From NCBI GenBank assembly GCA_047495785.1, contig JBLDXI010000026.1, forward strand, positions 186,001 through 250,000: a stretch of DNA of 64,000 nt, written 5' to 3'. Position numbers and translations under genes: made by a program. Shown here piece after piece: positions 11,256 through 23,995 of the stretch. Origin of the DNA: Lepidodermella squamata (Eukaryota; Animalia; Gastrotricha). The notes below the pieces were generated by a model, which did no database searches, was not told where the DNA came from, and saw only the letters and a program-made list of their open reading frames with translations. Within the stretch, counting starts at the first letter, position 1; each line of letters starts with the position of its first letter.

Positions 11256-13649
11256 ATGGAGAATTCTTTTAGATTTCCTAGTTACCCAGTCGACGGCGAT
11301 GGACAAACGAGTGCATTTTCACATAGCGATGCGTAATTTATTCTTTTATTCTGTCAAGCAAGTCGGTGTCAACAACTTATTTTCAGTGATACAACGGCAG
11401 AAAGAAGCGGGAGTGTGACGATTATGCCTGAAATGGAAGATTTCGGATGGCCGAAAGATTCTCAACTCATGCCGCCAACCCACTTTTACCGCATCAAAAT
11501 CGTCGACGATGCTAATGGGCGAGAATCAGACGATACCGCTGATTTAGTCACCCCGGATTTGTGCCAAATGCTTGAAATGCGCCAATTTTACATGCAACAG
11601 GCTTTCCAATCTTTTTGCCCGACAGCAACCCGGTTTCTTGAGGCTATAAACAACCGTCAAGAATTCGAGCTTGCCGCAATGATTGAAGAATCGGAACATG
11701 ATCGATCGAGAAGCCAGACTCTTAATGATTTGATGGAGGAAATGTCACTAGAAGTTTCGGCCCATTCGTCGCTGAGCGCGTATGACGGCGAAAGCGTTTT
11801 CACGCCCGAAAAAGTTGCGATGAATTTTCGCTTTGAAAATGGTGTAGCTAAGGTTTTCACCGAGGGTGAAACTGAACCCATGCCGTGGCCACATCTCGAT
11901 ATCAAAAGTTTCACGGAGAATTTTACGAAAATAATTGCTCTAGCAGCGAATCACGAGGTAAAAAAACTATTTTTAAATTGATTAAGGAGGATTTTTTTCA
12001 TCATTTTTTGTAATTTTCTGCTGAAAAGGTGAAAACTTTCTGCACCCGTCGATTGAACTTGTTGGAGCAAAAATTCAAGCGCCACTGTCAGTTGAATTTT
12101 ATGAACGAAGCTGCCGAGCAGAAACGTGTTCCGCATCGCGATTTCTACAACGTTCACAAGGTCGATACGCATATCCACGCCGCTTCGGTCATGCACCAGA
12201 AGCACATGCTGAGGTTCATGCGAGACAAGTGCAAGTTGCGCGGTGATGACATTGTGTACCAGAAAAACGGCGTGCCGATGACACTGCGCGAAGTTTTCGC
12301 GTCGCTCAATTTAACGCCCCACGACTTGAACATCGACTCGCTTGATATGCGAACTGATCGAAACACGTTCCAGCGGTTTGATGTCTTCAATTCAAAGTAC
12401 AACCCTGTTGGCTCGAGTGTTTTGCGAGATATTTTCATGAAAACCGACAACTTTATCAACGGGCGGTATTTCGCCGAGTTGATTCGCGAGGTTTTGGAAG
12501 ATCTCGACGATGCCAAGTACCAGCACATCGAGCCGAGGCTATCGATTTACGGTCGATCGCCTCACGAGTGGGACAGTTTGGCGAAATGGGCCGTTAAACA
12601 CAAAATGCAATCGCCTCATCTGCGTTGGATGATCCAAATTCCTCGACTCTTGTAAATCCATCTTAAAATTTCAAATTATCGATAAATTGAATTATATTTT
12701 AGTGACGTGTATTTTGCAAATCGAACTCTGAAAAATTTCCAGCAATTTATCGACAATATTTTTGGGCCTATTTTTGAGGCAACCATCGAGCCCCAAAGCC
12801 ATCCGGAACTATTCACATTTCTTCAATATGTAGGTCCTATTGAAATTATTTTTTAAAAAAATTCAAAATTTTGTTTAGCTTTCCGGCTTCGACTCGGTTG
12901 ATGATGAGAGTAAGCCAGAGTACAGCACGCTTGAAGTTGCGTCTGGCATCTTACCTGAGGAGTGGAATTTCGGCGAAAGTCCGCCCTATGCCTACTACTT
13001 GTTCTACACATATGCAAATATTGTTGTCCTGAATCGGCTTCGAAAATATCGCGGCCTTAACACATTCACATTTCGGCCACATTGCGGCGAAGCTGGTAAC
13101 TGGAACCATCTTATCGCCGGCTTTTTATTGGCTGATAACATCAATCACGGCCTTCAGTTGAAGAGCTCCCCCGTCATGCAATATTTGTTTTATCTAACTC
13201 AGATCGGAATTTCGATGTCACCCCTATCGAATAATGGGCTATTTCGAGCCTATCACCGCAACCCCTTCCCTGAGTATTTTGCCCGGGGTCTGCCTGTTAC
13301 GCTGACCACGGACGATCCGACTCAGTTTCATTTAACAAGGGAGCCGTTGATAGAGGAATACAGTGTCGCTGCGATAATGTGGAAATTAACTTCGTGTGAT
13401 TTGTCGGAAATTGCGAGAAATTCAGTGCTCATTTCGCGATTTCCCGACGATGTGAAACGCGCGTGGATTGGGTCGAATTACCAGCGTGAAGGCTGTGCGG
13501 GTAATAACATAACGAAAACCAACCTGCCGAACATTCGAGTGGCTTTTCGACATGAAACCCTAGTCGAGGAGCTGAATTTCCTATTCAACTGCATCTTTAA
13601 GAAAGATCGGGCCGAGTTAAAAAATGACCCATCGAACGTACCCCAGTGA
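11256..13649 (+). CDS. AMPD: AMP deaminase (multi-exon)
   Basis: Motifs 'HRDFYNVHKVDTHIHAAS', 'FRPHCGEAG', 'SPLSNN' and 'TTDDPTQFH'. Short GT-AG introns near 11333, 11958, 12652 and 12830. Start codon inferred at 11256 (MENSFRF...). Confidence 0.93.
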
Positions 13650-14096
13650 TTTCGAAAGTATTTGAATCAAGTCTTGAAGTATTTTGTCATCAATCTGATT
13701 ACGAAGACGAGAAAATAATCGGCTGAAAAATAAAACAAAAAAATGTCTTTTTTTCGTTACAATTTTATTCGAAGTATTTACTTATCACTCACAACCACGA
13801 TACAAAAGTTTATTATTAAATTCAATTCTGCTCAGACTAATAGGAAAATTTTTACAAATTTCTTCATCATCTCACAAGTTTCTTTCTGAGCATTTTTCAA
13901 AATCAGTCAGAATTTTCGACAGTTCTGGTACCATCATCGCTTTTTCATTAGAATCGGGAAGTAATTACAGCGATTTTCAATCGCTAGCGAGAAAAAAAGT
14001 CGAATGATTTTCGTCAACTCGAACAGTCAGATCGCCGATCGATTTATCGACCACAGCCAGGTTTTCTTTTGATTCAACACCAGGTATAACAGTGAA

Positions 14097-14498
14097 TGTA
14101 GCGCGTGTCGAGCGGAATAAGAACAACTGTTTGCTTTAATAACTGGTTTATTGGTTAGGCCCGTATAACATAAAACAACCTAGTTTATAGTAATATAATG
14201 TTAATTAAAAGCAGGTTGACTAATAGGCTTAAACAGAGATAATCGATAAAGACGACAAGCATGAGTTCAGGCATTTGGTTGATAGTATTATTCGGTGGCG
14301 GAACAGTCGGCTTAAATAGCCACCTTTTGCGATTGTTGCGAAGGACTATATTGTCACAAAGGTTTTACGGCGCCCAGGCGCAAACATAGCTAGCGCGCGA
14401 TGCGTAGATCGCGTGCTGTAATAATAATAATAATAAATTATAATATTTTCATTTTAATCATTTTCATTTCGATAAATCACATCGACTTGCGCCCTACA
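14097..14498 (-). mobile_element. 3' LTR of an LTR retrotransposon, with polypurine tract at 14499-14514
   Basis: On the minus strand it begins TGTAGGGCG and ends CGCGCTACA (TG..CA, inverted termini). It is immediately preceded by AAAAGGAGGGGGTGA (PPT) and contains an AATAAA. Confidence 0.75.
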
Positions 14499-15716
14499 TC
14501 ACCCCCTCCTTTTCAAAAAGAGTGGTGGTCATAAAATCAGGCGCTAAAATTGAAATGTATAATACGTTGAATTACTTGTGATTAGTCAGACAGTGAAATT
14601 AGAGATATCGGGATTATCATCGATTGAAATTGAAATATTTGCATTGCATAATGTATAACGTAAAATATCAACGACCGGTGGACTTGAACTCATTGTTCTG
14701 CCACATTCTAAGGTTGTTTCGAAAAAAATCAGGTGATTATAAGTGTAAATATATATAGATCAATGCTGAATCAGATGAATTGTTGAAATGCCGAAGTCTG
14801 TACGCGAAACGCGATACGTTATCGACAAATTGTAGCAACTCAGCATAGTAGCGACCTAGCATGGTAGCGGGCAGTTTGATGTCGGGGCTGTACGCGAACC
14901 GCGATACATGGACATGAGCAACAACCTGGCAACACATAATAGCAGGCCAGTTTGATGCGGCGTGTTGTTTTCGTAGGTAACCGCTGCGCTCGTGGCAGTA
15001 AGGCAAGAACCAGATAGCGAGCCCGGGTCGGCGAATCTTGGTCGGCAAGATGACGGAAGGATGTTGGAGAGGATTGTGCATTGCCGCATGAAGGACCAAC
15101 GGGGAATAATTATGAAATCGACATTATTCAAATCAAAGCCAACATAATTTTGAGTTAATTCAAAAAAAAATTTGCGGAAAAAAAAAATAAACAGTTTTAG
15201 GAAAACTTCGCCGTCTCGACGCTTTGCTCGAGTTACCGAGTAAAGTAAAAGTTCAGGCTCGATGTCTCAATAATCGTGAGGCGTTCGGCTGAAATATATC
15301 AAGCGAGTGTCATATTCGACTGAGCACTGAGCAAAATATTCACTGAGCGAAAAAATTGAAATTCCTGTTGACTTGGTCCATGGTGCAAAATTCTAGGCTC
15401 CATACCACAGGATTGAAAGCTAGTGATGGGAAGGCAAATCGACAAGAGTGCTAATAACGTTTGAGCAACTTCTGAAAATCGACGAGGCTCACTGCTTGTG
15501 CGAAAAAGATTTACGCACAAAGCCAATTTGTTGAGAGTTGCAATAATTTCCTGGAAAATTTGAGTTCCTGAAAAAAACGTGCAAACATTGTACTACGCAC
15601 GGGAAAAATTGAATGGCAGGCAAAGCGAGAATTTACTATTAAAAGTGAATGGGAAAAATTAGGCACGTGCGTCGAAAAATTTACGCACGAAAAATGTGAA
15701 TCAATAAGCGTGATTC

Positions 15717-16460
15717 TTATAGCTCTTCGTCACTTGAGGGCGATGGGCTAAGTTTTTGCTTGAGCCCTTCGACCTGCTTAACCAGCCAAGTTCCTGCGGC
15801 ACCTAACGCTTTGACTGAGAGCATTCCTGAGTGGACTTGCGCTGCGGTTTCCTGAGCTTTCAGGCTAGGTTTAACTTGCCTTAGAGGCCTACCGTCGGCG
15901 CGAGTGCGGGCAGTGTGTACATGTGGTGTGTCGGTGGAGGATCCGGGTACAGGGTCGCCTCGCTGCATCTGTGCGGGGGTGGTTTCGATGACTTCGAGCG
16001 GCGGAGGGTCGTCGCTGACGTCGGTTTGCGGCGAGGGCGCGGCTGGCTCAGCTGCCATGAAGACTGGGTCGTTCAAAGGTTCTGGCTCTGGCTCCGGCAC
16101 TGGCACTGGCACTGGCGCTGGCACTGGCGCTGGCACTGGCGCTGGCACTGGCGCTGGCACTGGCGAGGCTCCAGGGGTGCTCAGATTGCTTGAGGAGCGG
16201 CGGCGCCTGTGACGAGACGCTGCGTCGGAAAGGCTTGATTCGGAGCTTTGCGTTGAATTGCTGGAAGTTGTCAGGGTTGAGCTTGCGACGGAATTCGATC
16301 GCGATCGTTCTAGACTGGTTTCTTCGAGGTCGGGAAGTTGCGATGGCTCATTCGTCGATTCCTGTAGCGGTTCGTTTTGGGGCCATGGAAAAATTGCTTT
16401 CTTCCATGTTTTGAACTTGCGTAACCGAACACGGAGTGTGTGTCGGCCATGGTGGCTCAA
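15717..16460 (-). mobile_element. Probable C-terminal tail of a Ty3/Gypsy pol (post-integrase low-complexity region), 5'-truncated
   Basis: Same strand as, and upstream of, the PPT/LTR. S/P-rich tail with a basic 'RTRADGRPLRQVKP' motif resembling Gypsy integrase C-termini. No RT or integrase core is left. Confidence 0.5.
16096..16164. repeat. 6/12-bp tandem repeat (ggcact/ggcgct) encoding (PAPV)n on the minus strand
   Basis: Directly visible. Confidence 0.9.
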
Positions 16461-16522
16461 AGGTTAGAGCCGTGCCTTCTCAGAAAGGCAGCCCGGGTTC
16501 AATCCCCGGGTACGACACTTTT
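16446..16522 (+). other. tRNA-like sequence (SINE head or tRNA pseudogene)
   Basis: A-box TGGCTCAAAGG, T-arm ccggg-TTCAATC-cccgg, anticodon-like stem gcctt/aaggc and a following TTTT. The acceptor stem does not pair and the anticodon loop is not 7 nt. Confidence 0.6.
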
Positions 16523-17712
16523 CGAGCACTCGTGTAGCGCGTTACAGTGAAGTAGTCCGGTTTCGGACTGGGGATTTTCTGAACAAAATCTACGGAAATA
16601 AAAAAATGTTTTTTATAAACTTGACATAAAGACAAAAAACATGATGATTTTTCTGCCAACTTCCCCCACGTCTTACGCCTTTTACGTTTTATTTCTCCCG
16701 CAGCTGTTCGCGATATCAGATCCGAACTTGCTGATCTCAGGTCTCTGCTAAGGCAACTTCAGGTGCTGAATGCTACAGCTGGACTCGGTGCTCATCTCGG
16801 CCTGATGCAACAAGGCAGCGGCCGAAATGCTGCGAAAAATGATTTTTAAAATAAGAGGAGTGTGATCGAAAAAGTAGATCGAATAATTCGGGTGGAGCTT
16901 CCACATGTGCCGGGAATGGAAATTCGAAGATACTAAAACATTTTGCTCAGCAGGAGGAAGATGATAATGAAGAAAACTGCCAAGAGATCCCCAAGTCTGA
17001 GCAACATACTCCTGTTCAAAAAAGAACTATGGCCTGAGTTTCCTCAGTGCCTAAATCGTTCTTACGATTCGGTTAATCAATCGAAAATTATTGCGATGGC
17101 CGATAAAGACTATGAGGCTGCAGTGGGTATCGTCAAAACATGGCCACACGTTTGAGCTTTTACAGTGAAAAGATTGTCTAGCCTGAGAAATAAAATGAGA
17201 GATGTGCTATTCGATAAATTCTTAAGCAATTATTGCCAATAAAATTTACAATTATTCCAAATTGCTAAAGGGAATTTTGAGGTGAGTAAGATGAAAGTAG
17301 CTTTATCTTTTAAATTCGATTCGATAGCGAAGAGGGCGAATTCGAGTTGAGTAGATCTCAATAGTTCAGTAGAGTTTAATTTCGTCTGACTTGTCTGGCT
17401 ACGACTCAGAAAATTTTTATGTATACCAGGGTAATCCGGAATCTTTCACCATCAGTCAATGCGTAAAAAGTTTGACATGATGGAAATTTACAAATTACCG
17501 ATTATTGATATTATTTTTGTTTACTTCAGGTGCACGATCTTCTCGGTATCTTTCCAGTATTAATAGTGCTGCGCGTAGAGGGTTAACTGGGCCGTTGAGC
17601 CGTAAAACCAGGGTATTAGGGTATCTTTTAGGATATAGAGTTGATCGTTTTCAAGTTTTTAACCATCGAAACATCCCTGACTGTTTATTAATTTGCTGTA
17701 TTTTGCTATCCA

Positions 17713-18153
17713 GTGATCTGCCTGAAACTGCGAAGACTTCAAAATCTGCTGACAGGTAGACCTGAAATATGCTCCAATGACAATTCTCGATTGCATAACA
17801 GTATTTCTATCACTAGGCCGGTTGAATCGAAGTCACGGCGCAAGGTTGACGTCGAATCAGTGCAAGCTGCCCCGCTTGCAAAAATACGTCGCGGAGAGCC
17901 CGGAACATCGCAGGCGGCTGAATTGGAGGAAGGTTCGAACGATGATCCATCCAACTTTTGTGGTGTCTGCCAAATCAAGTGGCTAGGCTGGCCAGCGCAA
18001 AAAGCTTTTCCCAAGTGGGGTCGCTGCCCTGCCTGCAACATATGGTTCTGTGGCGAATGTTTTCCGGAAGGTTCTGGCAAATGCCCAAAATGCCCCTACA
18101 ACGCCACGAAAGTCTCACAATGCCCAAAGCGTAAGAAGTCTCTCCGAAAGTGA
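17713..18153 (+). pseudogene. PHD-like Cys-rich Zn-finger fragment, probably the C-terminus of a transposon protein
   Basis: CGVC...CPACNIWFCGECF...CPKC pattern, located among transposon fragments. Confidence 0.5.
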
Positions 18154-18542
18154 CTGATGTCTGTCAATACACTCATGAGCTGACTCATATGTCTTCTTGT
18201 TTTCATTGGTTCACAGTCAGCCTTTGATTGGTCAAAAATTGTGCAAATAATAATGAACGTGAAGTATACTTATACTGTTGTTGTGCCTGCTATCAAAGTG
18301 TGTAACATTTCCGATAGCATCAAAAATGAAATATGTATCCAAGAAATACGAATTTGTTCGATTATTATCGCGATTATTTGACGTCTTAATGGCTAATCCT
18401 TCATTTCACTTGTATGGGCATTGCGGCATTGCGCTGGGCATTGCGCTGGGCATTGCGCACACAGCAAAACGATGATGATTGCGCACAACGATTCTCGAGG
18501 TGGGTTTGCGCAAATAAACATTAAATACTCATTGAGATAATC

Positions 18543-19040
18543 CACCCTCACTTCGTTGGCTGTTTGTTCCACTTCAAACAAGCTGTCATCCGGTGGATTC
18601 AGCAAAACGGTCTCATTGCGAACTACCTCGACAAAAACTCGTCGTTGCGTCAGTTGGCTAAGCGACTCATGGCGCTGCCTTTGGTGCCTACTCGTAAGGT
18701 GGCTAATGCGTTTCAGCTGATCAAACAGTCGGTACCAGCCCAAGATCGCGATCGTTGGTCTCGCTTCCTGGCCTACTTCGAGAGACAGTGGTTTACCACG
18801 GTCAAGCCAACTTACTGGAATGTCTCCGCTGAAGAAATGCGCCCTGACAACCACGTCGAAGGCTGAAACAACAAGATGGATCGGCTGGCTAGGAACATCC
18901 ACCTCAACATCTGGCGCTTCATTGCTGAAAGCCCGCGACAGAGCACAGCCGCCGGTCAATCGCCATGTTGAGCGGGCAACTTCGAACATCAAGGTCCTGC
19001 ATTCGCGTTACGAGACAGGCGAAATAGCTTTATTTATCCG
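18543..19040 (+). mobile_element. MULE/Mutator transposase fragment (pseudogene)
   Basis: 'GCLFHFKQAV...LMALPLVP...FLAYFERQWF...WNV...RPDNHVEG*NNK...HLNIWRFI', with an in-frame TGA at 18864-18866. Confidence 0.8.
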
Positions 19041-19124
19041 CTAATGCTTCGGTGATGCGAGGCCGGAAACGAGGGGCTCGCGTTCTTCCTTGCCCCGCTA
19101 TGACAGATCAGCATAGTATGAAGC

Positions 19125-19332
19125 AATTGGCATCAACGACGCTCTAAATGACAAGAAATGCCACTATTTCAAGGCCTTGGAGCCTACAGTTAGGTCAATT
19201 TACAATTACTTCTCGAAGTCTGCCGATAGGAAGAGTCGCTTTATGGAAATTGGGAAGGTTTTGGACGAGCCGACAATCGCAGTTAAGCGAATTCGTACTA
19301 TTCGCTGGCTCACGAGCGAGCACGTTTTTTAA
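19125..19332 (+). mobile_element. hAT (ZNF862-like) transposase fragment
   Basis: A frame absent from the ORF track reads 'INDALNDKKCHYFKALEPTVRSIYNYFSKSADRKSRFMEI...RIRTIRWLTS', matching the hAT region from just after CxxH to the RW motif. Confidence 0.65.
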
Positions 19333-20065
19333 ATAAAAAATAAAAACAATATTACGGAAACAAATAGTGTTTTCTCAGTTATGCTTGGGTCTAATTTGTC
19401 TTCTATCCGCAAGTGTTCTTTTCCTTCCAGCTTCGCTTATACGATGATGACGATGGTAATCTAACTAGATAGGTAGTCGAATCGCGTGACTTCCACTCAA
19501 ATTCTACTACGACTGGCATTGGGTTCATGCGTTTCGAAAACTATACCAAAACAATGTGGGGTAGGGTTGCGTGTTGAAAGGTTCAAATTTGTTCGTTAAG
19601 TTGAAGTCGAAAGCGGTCAGCGGTCGGGTGAAACGGGAAACGAGCCTCATAAATATGACATTGACATGTTTCCAGCCTGATTGCCCACGAGTGATAAAAG
19701 CTTCAATCGTAATTATCTATTGTCGTCCATAAAATCGTCAGATACACCCTGACCTGGTAGAAGTTTTAAATAGCAGTACTGACGCTATCGAAATGCAATT
19801 ACCGAAAAGAGCGAAAGCCTGAGTCATGTCTCAAAAACCTTTTTAAAAGCAGAAGAATCTGAAATCCAAGCGACAAAACTCGATCCAACGGCGGTTAGGT
19901 TACAGAATAATGTTTCGCTAATGACAAGCCGAGACTTGAAATTTTCGAAACGCGAAACTAATTAACCAGGTCCTATGTCCTAGGTGTTCAGTTACATCAA
20001 TTACGGGTTCAGTTCCAAGCTAGGCTTAAAATCCCGATTTAAAACAAGATAAAATGAGGAACTAC

Positions 20066-20310
20066 TTACTTTAATTCAGCAACTCGACCAAATATTCCCA
20101 AACAGCCACTGCGGAGTTGCAGAAGGGTCGTTTCAATAAAATTGCGGATCATATTAAGGTGGCCCTTATCAGGAGCAATTTGGACAGCGGGCAAATTAGG
20201 GCTGTTTCGATCAGCGCCGAGGCTTTCGAGGAATTCAACAATTTCAAGGTTGCCGTGATAGCAGCAGGGCGCAAGCAAGGTTGTCCCAACGTTTCAAATT
20301 GGCCATAATG
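20066..20310 (-). pseudogene. Degenerate ankyrin-repeat gene fragment
   Basis: 'HGNLEIVEFLESLGADRN' closely matches 'NGNLEMVVLLESYGADRN' in the neighbouring gene. Confidence 0.6.
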
Positions 20311-21324
20311 TAAACTTGGTCGTGGGTTGAAGTTTCCAGGTCACCACTTTCAGGTCACGCTGAATTAAAGGCGAAAATATTAAACGCAGATTTAAAAAAG
20401 GTAAATCATGCTCTGGTTTCCCCACTTATTACGCAGTATATCGGTTAGTTTCTCGAGATTCTAACGCTGATCTCGAACTTGTGTCAATATTTCACGCCAA
20501 AACTATCTCTAGAAAAAAATAGGTGGGAATTTTCTGCCATACGTGGATCTTTTTGAAGCCAAACGAGCTGCAACTACTCCGGGCTTCGGGAATTATTCGG
20601 AAGGTTCAGGGCTTTTACCAGCTGGATACGATTTCAAAACAGGCTAAGGCTAGAAAGAGCAGCCGGTTCGTAAAAGAAGGTCAGGAATCGCTATTAGACT
20701 CACCAAATTACATAGAAAACGATAAATTGTGTCACATTCTTAAGCATCAAATTTCCGGTCTGAAAACAGGCCAAATCGAATGAACATTTGGGAATAGCAA
20801 TCACATTTTAAGAGATACTGGTATTGAACGAAGCGAAGAAATGACGCCTATTTTTGCATTATCCCTATTTCCTATATATAAATAAATAAATATATAAATA
20901 AATAAATATATAAATATATTTAAATAAATGATGTTATTCTGTTTAGCATCCCCCATTCCTACTCGCTTCGCTACAATATTACTGACAACAATTTGACAAA
21001 CCCCACTTTTCACGTCATTTTTCACCGAAAACTTTCACGCTTTCCGCCGTTTACTGAGAAAAATTAAAAAATCCGTCATTCTCCGCGTTTCACTTATGTC
21101 GTATACTATGTATAGGTATTGCAAAAAAGCGTAATCTCACCTCATCCAATAGGAAGGCACTTCTCAGCTCGCATTGAGACGTGTTGAAATCTTTAACATC
21201 ATAATAACAGCCGCTACTAAACAAAAAACACATTTTCAATCCTAAATTCAAAATTGAATTGTAAATTTTATTAAACATTAAAAAACAGTAACAACACGAG
21301 ATCGAGGAATCGGGGGTAACAGAA

Positions 21325-23408
21325 TTAAGTTATCATCGATTCAAAATCACTCGAAAATTCATCCGAATCGATAGTTAACGCTACCCCGTGCAATAGGGAT
21401 AGCCATTCAACTTCGTCATAATCATCGGTAATTTCAGGCCTTTCGAAATTCGAGAAGTGAAGAAAAGATTTGCCGTCTGATGTAAGTAAGCCCACGACAT
21501 CAGGCTGTTTCGCGACAATTTTCCGAACAACCCGCGTGAAATAATGCGGCTGGTACATCATCGCCAGATGCAGTAGCGAAAACTTCTCCGCGCCAAATTG
21601 CAACGACAAATTAGCACCTTTTTCGATCAAGTACTCGATCAAGTCTTCGCCCTCCACTCTTCTAAGGATTGGCCGGCCAGAAATAGCAACGGCAATAGGC
21701 GTCAAAAAACTGCCACCAGCGGTCGGGCGATCAACATCTACGCCGAATTTATCAACCAAGAGCCTTACGATGAAAAAATCGCCGTATTCAGCCGCGAGAT
21801 GAATGGGGTAGTAACCGTCGCTGTTCGGTATATCTATAAATTCTGGTGCTAGCTCGAGGGCAAATTCCAGGGCACGAACGATAGGTTCAAAGTTACCGCT
21901 ATATTCGACACATGCCATTTGGAGGAAATTCTCGCCAGAATAAGTCTTAGCTCGAATATCAGCTCCTCGAGACAACAGGTATTGCGCTAACTTGAGATAG
22001 CCAGAAGAAATCGCGAGGGTAATAGGCTGTGTGCCGACGCTATCTGGTGTATTAACGTCAACTTTACATTCTTCCACTAGATATTTCACAACTTCAAGGC
22101 GATTGAAACAGCTAGCCCTATGGATAGGCTGACATTCGAGGAGAGAAATGTTGGCCGTCGCTAGGTCAGGCTGTTCCTTGAGGAAATGCAGGGCAATATC
22201 TTCAGCGTCATCAAGGCCAAGAGCGTGTGCAAGTAAGTGATCGCCGTCAATGGGCAAGTTCCGATCGGCGCCGTAGCTTTCGAGCAGGACCACCATTTCT
22301 AAATTGCCGTTAAACACTGCGCGATACAACAGGGTTTCATGTTCGTGTTCGTGGTTGAGAACAAGCTGCAGCAATGATGGAGGCGTCGCCTCGCAATACG
22401 TGGCGAGAGACTGTAGATCACCATCTTCGATTGCACTCAGAAACTTCCAATACGGATAAGGCAGCTAAATTGGAAAAAAATTGGGAATCAAATCAGTTCG
22501 TGAAAATCAACGAATTGTTCTAAAAATCGAAAGCAAAAACAAAATTATTTGCCTTGATATTAACGGCACTCTAAGTTTACCGAGCTCTAAATGTCCATGG
22601 AACATGGGTTTTATTACTTAGACGTCCTCAGATTAGCCGTCACTTTACAAATTACAGTGAAAGTTGTCTCGCGACCCGAGTCCGGTTTAGACTTGGGAAA
22701 TATTAGGGAAATATAACGTAAACTCTAGGATTTTTCACATTTAACGAACTTCAAAGTCATTTAAAGACGTACCTTTCTATATACATAATTGAACTACATA
22801 GACTCTAGATGCTAGATCCGGGATGATTGGCCAATTAAAAATTTAAAAAAATTTCGAGGCGTCTCATGACAGGCAGGTGCCTGCATTTTTCCCCAAATCC
22901 TCTACAAAATTGGCCTTTGTTATGCGTAAACCGGACTCAGACCCCAAAAGCCGTCCAGTTTAGAGTCCGGTTAGACAGTAAAATTGTAGTGTAAAGTCCA
23001 CACTTTTGGATCGAGCCACCCGAAAACGTCCGCTTTAGAAAACTTTCACTATACACGTCAACCTATAGAGCCGATATCGATTTTACAAATCAGCGCTTTT
23101 TTGGTATAAACAGTCTATTTATTTTTTCTACAATAAAAATGAGGGTAGCTCCATAAAAATTCCAGCGTTATAGGGATAAATTGTCGAAATCGCAAAAGTT
23201 TAGAAAAACTTTGAATCTCCAACTAAATATTTAGACCCTCTTCAAGGAAATAATTCCATAGCCTTATCCACATTGAAAAATACTCAAATTAGATGATACG
23301 AGATTTTCAACTTTTAGATTGCGAAAAAGTTCTAATTCGTAGATTATAGGGTTAGCTTACTTCATCTTCGTCGGGAAATGACTGATCACCGATTTTTAGC
23401 GGAGGCAT
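21325..23408 (-). CDS. Ankyrin-repeat protein 1 (exons 23408-23361, 22464-21325)
   Basis: Several ANK repeats (QPIHRA, QPITLA, YPIHLAA, SLLHLA). A 16-codon first exon MPPLKIGDQSFPDEDE is followed by a GTAAG donor and a phase-0 intron. Confidence 0.85.
22655..23051. mobile_element. Tc1/mariner-type MITE in the ankyrin gene intron
   Basis: TIR cagtgaaagttgtct / agaaaactttcacta (13/15 match), TA on both sides, internal gagtccggtt repeats. Confidence 0.5.
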
Positions 23409-23995
23409 CCCGTCCTGTATCAAGAATCGACCATTAACATTTGAAATCGTAAAACAAAAGCTTCAGCTCACCTTCTATCGGTTCTCAGACCTTGAAAGCA
23501 GGCGCCAATCTCCAATCTGTGATGATCGAATTTCAGGCGTGAAAATCTGAAGTCACAAGTATAGTTAAGTCATCTATAAAAAATAATCACGAATCAAAAG
23601 ATAATTAATCACGGCTCGGAATTTCGAATTTTAGATATGAAACCTAATGCTAAATTCGGGAATTATCGACATTGATCTTCGCAACCCATCGAGTTACCGG
23701 ATGATATGAAACGCAACACATCATTTTCAGAGTAAACTTTTACGATTTTTTATTATTGAAAAACCGAAAACAAAACGAGATAGATCAACATTTCGATACA
23801 AATGACATTAGCGATTACAATTTATTAAACACGAGTGAATTTGAAAGACAGGCGCTTCATTCAATCGACTCCATCCGGTAATTGAGGTCGGGAGGAAATT
23901 AGTCATTATTTATTGTCGGAAAATAGGAATTTCCCTTCAAGACACGAGGAAAAGAATCGTATTAAAAAATCGACAGCGACGCAAAAAATGCAAAC

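Noticed and set aside
14737-15131. env-like ORF in the LTR element
   Set aside because: Short, with no signal peptide, furin site or TM pattern to support it.
15904-16212. ORFs with (GTGA)n or (WHWR)n repeats
   Set aside because: Shadow frames of the 12-bp repeat in the minus-strand Pro-rich ORF.
16446-16518. Functional tRNA gene
   Set aside because: The acceptor stem does not pair and the anticodon loop has the wrong size.
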